The notes beneath the pieces were generated by a model. The model was not told where the DNA came from. It searched no databases and saw nothing but the letters and a program-made list of their open reading frames with translations. A DNA stretch of 58,442 nt, counting the filler, from Dirinaria sp. TL-2023a (lineage: Eukaryota): NCBI GenBank assembly GCA_051941275.1. It is 6 parts of 6 records of this genome, joined end to end, with 100 filler letters (N's around TTAATTAATTAA, not from the genome) between each part and the next. Parts side by side here need not be neighbours in the genome. Positions count along the whole stretch, not along the records: positions 48,798 to 58,442 come from JAVEBF010001024.1; 5 more parts are not named here. One strand, written 5' to 3'. The first letter of the stretch is position 1; each line of letters begins with the position of its first letter. The translations under genes were made by a program, and so were the position numbers. Positions 51,592-58,442 of this stretch are shown one piece after another.

Positions 51592-53415
51592 CTAAGTTTC
51601 TGATTCTCCGGCCTGAGATGATGATGGCGGGTGGGGCAACTGACCACTATCTGAGAGTCGCTGTGAATTCAAGCTCCGTAATGTCAGGCTATCTGGCAAA
51701 TCTTCAGGCAGCTGTGCATCAGCTGCCCTCCGCGACATCGATGACCTAGCCTTGACTAGTTGCATCACTACGTAGTTTGTGATGGATTTGATGCCCATCT
51801 CCTCTCCCCGTCTGACGATATAGCCATTGATATAGTCAATTTCGGTCTTTTTATGAGCTCGAACATTTTGAAGCATGGAGCTTACATTCTGAGCTGTCCT
51901 AGTAGCAGTTCTTATCATGACGAATTCCAAACGACGGGGATCGTATCGAGTATTGACATTCGGAACGCCCTTTAATTCTGGCAGCGACCTGATAACTAGA
52001 GACGTCTCTGCTAAAAGCAGCTTAAAAACCCTGCTAAAGAAAGGATTATGTAGAAGCTCGCCATTCGTGCAATTAGCCAGCGCGGTCAGTGGATTAATGA
52101 CACTGTTGATGGCAAGCTTATCAAGCTGCTGCTCTTGAAGTGCCGTCGGTGCAAAGGGTACAGCTGCAAGCAGAGGTGTTCTAGTGATGGTTCGAATTAT
52201 GTAACGGGCTGTGGGCGGCAAGGGATCGATACTGCCCCTTATTCGAGGTTGAATACCAATAGAGATAGTACCAAAGCCGGCATGCCTGGCGGTATAAGGG
52301 CCGACCCGAGTAATACCGTGGCTTATCACTCCGATAACATAGTTTGGTCGTGTTTCAATGTCAGGAAACAATTGCTGATTGACTTCGTCAAGTTGCCCCA
52401 TGCCATTTTGCAAGAAAGTGATGGTCGAGTCTCGGCATAGCCGGTGAGCAACCCTTGACAGAGCTGTCACGGTATCGGGTGCTTTGACTGACACAATGAG
52501 GTTCCATATCATGGCGTCCTCTTGGCTCAGGGTGGATTTCCAGTTGCTTGACCCAGCCCCGTCCCTTGACCCTGAATGCAGCACCACAGGCTCGAAATCA
52601 AACCCACGCCGGACCACGGACATACCATCGGTGATCATTTCGACACACTCTCCTGCTTCTTGCCACCTCTGCGGACTTGTATATAGAGCACTTGATTGTA
52701 TACCGGATAAGAACGTGATAGGCGGCCGGTTAGGTATGCCTGCCAACGAATGCGCCATAAACAAGCCCACGCTGCCAGTTCCAAGGATATGTATCCTTCT
52801 CGGTATCTGGTGCTGCTTCGTTCCAGATCCCGGTGCGAATGGTGATTTCCATCCTGCACTTGCTTCTTCTTGGTTGTCCGTTGAGTCGCCACTGGCATTA
52901 GTATTTCTACCTTCAGAGTCTGGCCATTGTTTCCATTCTGCACTTGATTCTTCTTGGTTGGTAGTGAAGTCTCTGCTGGCATTAATTTTTCTGCCTTCAA
53001 GGTCTAGCCATTGTTTCCATTCTGCATCTGCTTCTTGGGTTTCTGCTGAGTCTCCGCTGGCATTGCTCGTTCTACCTTCAGACTCTGGCCATTGATTCCA
53101 TTTTGCGCTGGCTTCTTCTTGGGTTTCCATTAATTCTCCACTGGCATTACTTTTTCTGCCCTCAGATTCTAGCCCATTTTTCCATTCTGGACTTGCCTCT
53201 TGGTTTTCCGTTGAGTCTCTACTTGCATTACTTTTTCTACCTTCCGGGTCCGGCCATTGAGGACATGGGAATGAGGTGATAAAGTTGGCTCTTGTTGCCA
53301 CCCGGCCAGCGTTAATATCACCGTGGCTCCATGATAATGGTCTAGGCACTCTTTCGGCCAATGCCCGCAGGAGCGGCCGTGGCAAGTAGAGACGGGCCGA
53401 CAGAATGATGGTCAC
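51592..53415 (-). CDS. 2-dehydropantoate 2-reductase (ApbA/PanE)-like protein, probably mitochondrial, with N-terminal tandem repeats; start codon uncertain
   Basis: IHILGTGSVG, LIVSVKA, FLQNGMG, KLAINSVINPLTAL...NGEL, and NVSSMLQNVRAHKKTEIDYINGYIV. Confidence 0.88.
   Translation of the reverse strand: MTIILSARLYLPRPLLRALAERVPRPLSWSHGDINAGRVATRANFITSFPCPQWPDPEGRKSNASRDSTENQEASPEWKNGLESEGRKSNASGELMETQEEASAKWNQWPESEGRTSNASGDSAETQEADAEWKQWLDLEGRKINASRDFTTNQEESSAEWKQWPDSEGRNTNASGDSTDNQEEASAGWKSPFAPGSGTKQHQIPRRIHILGTGSVGLFMAHSLAGIPNRPPITFLSGIQSSALYTSPQRWQEAGECVEMITDGMSVVRRGFDFEPVVLHSGSRDGAGSSNWKSTLSQEDAMIWNLIVSVKAPDTVTALSRVAHRLCRDSTITFLQNGMGQLDEVNQQLFPDIETRPNYVIGVISHGITRVGPYTARHAGFGTISIGIQPRIRGSIDPLPPTARYIIRTITRTPLLAAVPFAPTALQEQQLDKLAINSVINPLTALANCTNGELLHNPFFSRVFKLLLAETSLVIRSLPELKGVPNVNTRYDPRRLEFVMIRTATRTAQNVSSMLQNVRAHKKTEIDYINGYIVRRGEEMGIKSITNYVVMQLVKARSSMSRRAADAQLPEDLPDSLTLRSLNSQRLSDSGQLPHPPSSSQAGESET
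52846..53259 (-). repeat. Five in-frame 81-84-bp (27-28 aa) coding tandem repeats
   Basis: Consensus QWPDSEGRKSNASGDSTENQEEASAEWK. Confidence 0.92.
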
Positions 53416-53796
53416 GAGCTAGATCGTAGACTTATTCCAATACTAGGACAGGTACAGCATAGAGTACATAGCATTGAAAAGTGTAGCAGTGAGATCGCAG
53501 CACGAGTATGTACGAGACTGAGATAGCGGAGGAATAATTGAGTTGTCGAGGCATTCGGGTGAGACAACCGCCTAGGCATTACTATTCGGCCCGCGGATGT
53601 GCGCTTAACCGAAACGGGTACCCGTACCTCAGGTTGGATCTCATGTCGCCCCGGGCAGGTCGAAAACTACCTGTTAACACGTGTAAGAGCATGCCAAGTC
53701 CTCCTGGAGCTTTTGACTGACAAGTGAGAGCGCAGTAAGTGGGACTAATAGCGTCCATAGTCCTATTCTGTGGAACTTGCCTATCAATAATACACG

Positions 53797-54614
53797 ATGG
53801 ACCCCGTTGACATCGAGCCAATGATCGACGAGCTTGAGGAAAACATCGACGACCTGGAGATTGCTCTATCTACGCTCCTCAGTGGGGCATTATCGGATAC
53901 TGCGGGCAAACTCCCAGTTTTAGACAGAGCCCAGCTATATGTCACAGCTACATGGTCAATCGAGTCAATTTTATTTTGTGTGCACATCTCGATCTCCAAA
54001 TCGCCAAGTACTGACAATATCAGCGTATCTGAGGCTAAATGGCGTTGATGCCAAAACACACCCAGTCTTCCGTGAACTCACACGCGTCAAGCAATACTTT
54101 GATAAAATTAAAGATGCAGAAACTGGCGATAATCAAAGGCCGACGAGCCTAGACAAGCCCGCCGCGGGAAGATTCATCAAGCATGCCTTGGTATTTCACC
54201 TTCAACAAGGCTACGTGTAGAATCAAATGGAAACTGATTTGCTATGTTAAGGCTGGGAATGAAGAGTATGATCGGAGGCGTATACAGTTACAAGCAGGCG
54301 AAAAGGCGAGATCTCACATCAAATTTGAGGAAATTTCGAGGAAAAGAAAGCGAGACGAAGCTGGTAAGCCAGAATCAAGCCTAGATTCAAGGGCTTTTGG
54401 CGGTTCCCACCATTCCAACGATCCTGCCGTATATAGCTTAGCTTCAATATCAGCTCAAGAAAAGCCCAACGTCGATTCATCGCATGAAGACAGCTCGTCC
54501 AAATCATCGTCTGAGCAAGGAAAGCCGAAGAAAACACGCAGGCACAAGAAGGGGAGGCGCCGGAGGAACTCTGGTAAAGGCGAAGCCAAGTCGTCCCGAA
54601 ATGCCGGTAAGTGA
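53797..54614 (+). CDS. LRP1: Exosome cofactor Rrp47/Lrp1 (C1D family)
   Basis: LPVLDRAQLYVTATWSIESILF / AYLRLNGVDAKTHPVFRELTRVKQYFDKI...LDKPAAGRFIKHAL. Confidence 0.88.
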
Positions 54615-55323
54615 CCCATCAGAAATGATCTCTTCCTATTGATAGACATTGGATAGAGCCACATGTTCTGGCCGAAGATTCTCAAATACAATCAAGCAAT
54701 ACTAGTATGGACCAATCTCCAGTGACCGGCGCCGCAGCGCATATAGGTCACGAATCGGCCGTGCCAAGGATCAGTCGAGCCGAAAAGAAAAAGCTCGCGA
54801 AGAAGAATAAAAACCGGCAATGAGCCGTGAGTTCCTTTCAACGGGGTTTGTCACGCTTTCAATCAAATCGACGGTAATAGGAAAAGTTATGATCATGGGC
54901 ACAGCTGTCTATATTTTGCACGAGAACGGGTACAAGCCCGCTACTTGTGCTCAAAGGACATAGCAATAGAACTCATGGGCATGGTTCGCACAAACCCCTC
55001 GATGGGACAATGGCTCAATTCGCCATGAACGACCGATTGCATGGTAAGAAGGGTAGTTGTTAGACACGAGGACGCTCAATCAATCACGAAACCACAGGTC
55101 TATCCTAAGAAAATAGTATTTCCATGGGGCCTTGTGAACGACCAGTCTTGATGTACGGAGTAGGTGTCGTAAATTCGTAATGTACGTTAGCGCATGTAAG
55201 CTTGGCGGTCTAAGGTACTTGAATCCCATTCTGCAACCTCATTTCCTCAGTGTCATTTCACCTTTCCAATCCCAAAAACTTCCAACAAACCTATTTCAAA
55301 ACTCGAACTCTACATTTTCGAAG

Positions 55324-56044
55324 ATGCCTCGAAGCCGTGGCCGCGCCGCACCCGCACGCAGTGCACCATCACGCCCATCCACAACGCAAAACCGGCAAGT
55401 CACGCCACATCAGCAGCAACCGAACCGAGCAGCAAGCACCACGGCGGCACAGCCTCCAGCAGGCGCTGCAGCAGGAACACAGGGAGCTGCAGGTAAATCT
55501 CCAGGCCTCTTTGGACAGATGGCCTCGACCGCTGCGTAAGTAGAAGACCCTTCTCAAGTACTCGTTTGGGAGAAAAGCTGGAACCTTCCGGTCCCATTGC
55601 TTTACAAATGGAACGGGCCTCAAATTTGCCCAAAAGAAAATAAGACTAATTTTCCATACAGTGGTGTTGCAGTAGGTTCTTCCATCGGGCATGCCATCGG
55701 AGGCATGTTCGGAGGCAGTTCCAGCGGCAGTGGCGTCGAGGCCGAGGGCCAGCAGCAGCAGGATAACGCATTGGCGGCCCAGGCGCAGGACGGATACCAG
55801 AATAATAGCAACAGCTGGGCTCAGCAGAGCTGTGAACCGGCCGCGAAAGGCTTGACGAGTTGCTTGGACCAGAATAATGGTAATATGCAGATTTGCACTT
55901 GGTACTTGGAGCAACTGGTATGAACTTTTAATTTCCCACCCCCTCTCATTGTTCGATGTTCGGGTTCCTTGATGAGGTTGTGGAAACTAACATTTTGTGC
56001 GCGCTCTCTAGAAATCTTGCCAAGCTGCTGCGAGTCAATACTGA
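55324..56044 (+). CDS. MIX17: Mitochondrial CHCH-domain protein Mix17 (CHCHD2/10-like)
   Basis: MPRSRGR...PGLFGQMASTAAGVAVGSSIGHAIG...CEPAAKGLTSCLDQNNGNMQICTWYLEQLKSCQ (twin Cx9C); three exons. Confidence 0.92.
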
Positions 56045-56636
56045 GCAATGGGGGTGAGGCTCCAAAAAAGCGTAATGGGGGGAAGTTTTACGCTGCATGC
56101 TGGAGGACAGTAAAAGGCATTACATACTTGCGCGTAGCGACGTCGGCCGGCAACTATAGAATGTAAATTTGGCTCGGCCGATACGCTTTAGTCTACCTAG
56201 TTCAACTCAAGCTCTCTCCACTTTACAGCTGGGTCATCGCCGTCTCATTCATGATGCGCTGTTGAAGAAGCTTCCACGTAGCAAGTAAACATCTCCTTGC
56301 AACGGACCACGGAATTTGAGAAGGAGAGGCTGTGACCATGTCACCAAGCTGCTCATGGCTAAAACATTGCAAGGCAGATTGGCAGTTTACTTGGATTAAT
56401 ACAATTAGTAACTAATCGCTCACCTCCAGTGATTTTTTTAAGATCAGCTATTGAGATTCAGGAACCATGCAAAGCCATGGAACCAGAGACCAGAACCGAT
56501 TCCACCCTAGCTGCCGGTGCCCATGGTGGCAGAGGGATCCAAATTGAAAAGAAGCTGTGAGAGGCATCTGCATGTGAACCATTCTTAAGCCCCAAACGCC
56601 TCGCTAATCGTCCCGCAATCGCAAACCCTACCAAGC

Positions 56637-58339
56637 CTACTCTTCTTTCTCGTCTTGATCTTTCCTGGGCTCGAAGTTCAACTGGGAAATGGTTAGGTGT
56701 TGAGTCAATCCTTCTCAATATGACTGCAGCTTACCTGATTACCATTGTAAAGCTGGTGGTCATCTCTGTCCGAGCGTTGGTCCCGCAAGGTGCGGACGTT
56801 GATCTTCGACCCTGTTGTACTGGCTTGCGGTGACGATTGCTCGGGGGCAGTTGTTGCTTGCTCAGGATGAGGCGCCGTATGTCCGATGCCAAGGAAAGTT
56901 CCCAGAGCGCCGGTGATCATTCCCGCTCCCGCGGTCACGATGTTGTAGCAAGCAGAGACACCTCTAGATAGCAGACCTGAATCATCAGCGTAGGCCGAAG
57001 TATAGCCTTGCACAGGAACCATGACGAGAGTTGCACTCGGTGCAAGACCCAGGGACTGAAGGTTGTCTTCTTCGTCTGATATCGATAGTGTCCGGTTTGG
57101 CATTGGGGTTAGTATGTGCTTCAACGTAAATGGTGTGGCTCCGTCCGACCGTTGCTCTTCAATCCATGGCCGGACATGACTTCGCAAGGTCTGGTCGGAT
57201 GGAAACCTGTGCCGGATGGTGCTTCCGTCAAAGAGCCGTATTTGCAAGGCACAGTCGCTGCTGCTCTTCGACTTGGACTGTGCATCCTCACGTGCTAGCT
57301 GCTCATTGGCAAGGCCATCCGCTCCATCTGCAGCTTCAGCTTCTGCTTTGGCTAGGGCCTTTCGCTGCTCTTCCTTCTCACGTCGGGCAGCTTTGTCGTT
57401 CTCAATATCCCTCAGTATCCTCTCCCGCTCTGACTTCGCCTCTTGCTGCCGCTTTCGCTGTTGTTGTGCATAGCTTGCTTGTTTCGATTTCGCGGAGCCT
57501 GGCTCCGCTTGATTCGTATCCCTTCTAGCCTCAGCTATAGCTCTTCGCTCTGCCTTTGCTTTGGCGTCCTTCTCTCTCTTATCTCTCTCCAAGCGCTGCC
57601 GACGCTCTTCGAGGACACTCTGTACAGAGGATATCGGTCCTGAGGCGGCAGGTTCGGATGAAGACGGGCTTCGCAAATCAGCGGACGATATGTGACTTGG
57701 TGACGGTGACACTAGTGTGGTTTGAGAGGAATTTGGGTCTGAAGTCGGATTTGGATAAGAGGCGGCCCCCTCATCTCCTGCTGTGCCTTGCGGATTCGTA
57801 AGGAATTCTGTCCCTTCGTCTGAGGCGTTCAGGCTTTCAAAAGTCCGGAGGATGCCATTCCTAAATTGGTTTTGCTCTAGTCCAGCAGACAAGCAGAGGA
57901 CGACTCGACCATTGCTGAGACGCTGTTAGTTCTCAGTGAACATGTAATTCCAGAAGCACTTGTTCTTCGACTCACTGAAGAAGCAACAGAGTGGGTATCG
58001 TTGGGATAGGGAAGTAGGCTGATAGGTATCCTGCCTCCTTGGACCCAGCAGTCATGCGAAGTAAGACTACTCTTGCAGTCAAAACAGTAGCGACCTAATG
58101 AGTATGTTCACAACAGACCCTCCCAAAGCCCTTTATCAACGCGTACCTGATCATCAGTCAAGAATTGTGTCTCCCATAAATCACTTTCGTCAGAATCATC
58201 TTGCTTGCATCAATATGTAAGCTCAGGCGTTCTAAACTGGCGCCAGGGTGGGTGGCTCACTTCTCACGAAGCATCCCACAAGCTTGGATTCAGCCAAAGC
58301 GAGCGCAATGCCGGATTGCAGGTCGCCGTTATAGAACAT
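56637..58339 (-). CDS. UBX-domain Cdc48/p97 cofactor (Ubx7/UBXN4-like)
   Basis: MFYNGDLQSGIALA..., a coiled coil, UBX domain LQIRLFDGSTIRHRF...LGLAPSATLVMVP, and C-terminal SHP-like YNGNQ|LNFEP. Confidence 0.87.
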
Positions 58340-58442
58340 ATTGAGTTTGAATAGTTTGAATAGTAAGTCCCGGGTAGAAGGCAAGGGAGACTTGAGAAGT
58401 GCGGATGTATCAAACGGCACAGAATTATGATATTCCGTAATC

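Overview
Eukaryotic DNA from a filamentous ascomycete. Short GT-AG introns, fungal housekeeping genes and small secreted proteins suggest a lichen-forming Lecanoromycete, though the taxon is inferred. The window is not one locus. It is six contigs of 9675, 9664, 9661, 9651, 9646 and 9645 bp, in strictly descending size, joined by 100-bp N-TTAATTAATTAA-N linkers, so linkage across gaps means nothing. About 21 genes are supported. Housekeeping genes include a Jen1-like transporter, peroxisomal thiolase, THI80, MIA40, a HAD dehalogenase, CIA2, a Zn2Cys6 factor, SmG, an NTR2-like protein, COQ4, a SET protein, a ketopantoate reductase-like protein, LRP1/C1D, MIX17 and a UBX protein. The best candidate for an undescribed system is on contig 1: a head-to-head pair of a Rai1/DXO-like PD-(D/E)xK nuclease gene and a ~2300-aa ZNFX1-type SF1 helicase fused to three CbbX/SpoVK-type AAA+ modules and a C-terminal Cys/His motif. 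Contig 4 has a second, almost intronless ZNFX1 (two CCCH fingers, helicase, NF-X1 fingers, RZ finger), with a ~1.2-kb mosaic repeat array just past its stop codon.
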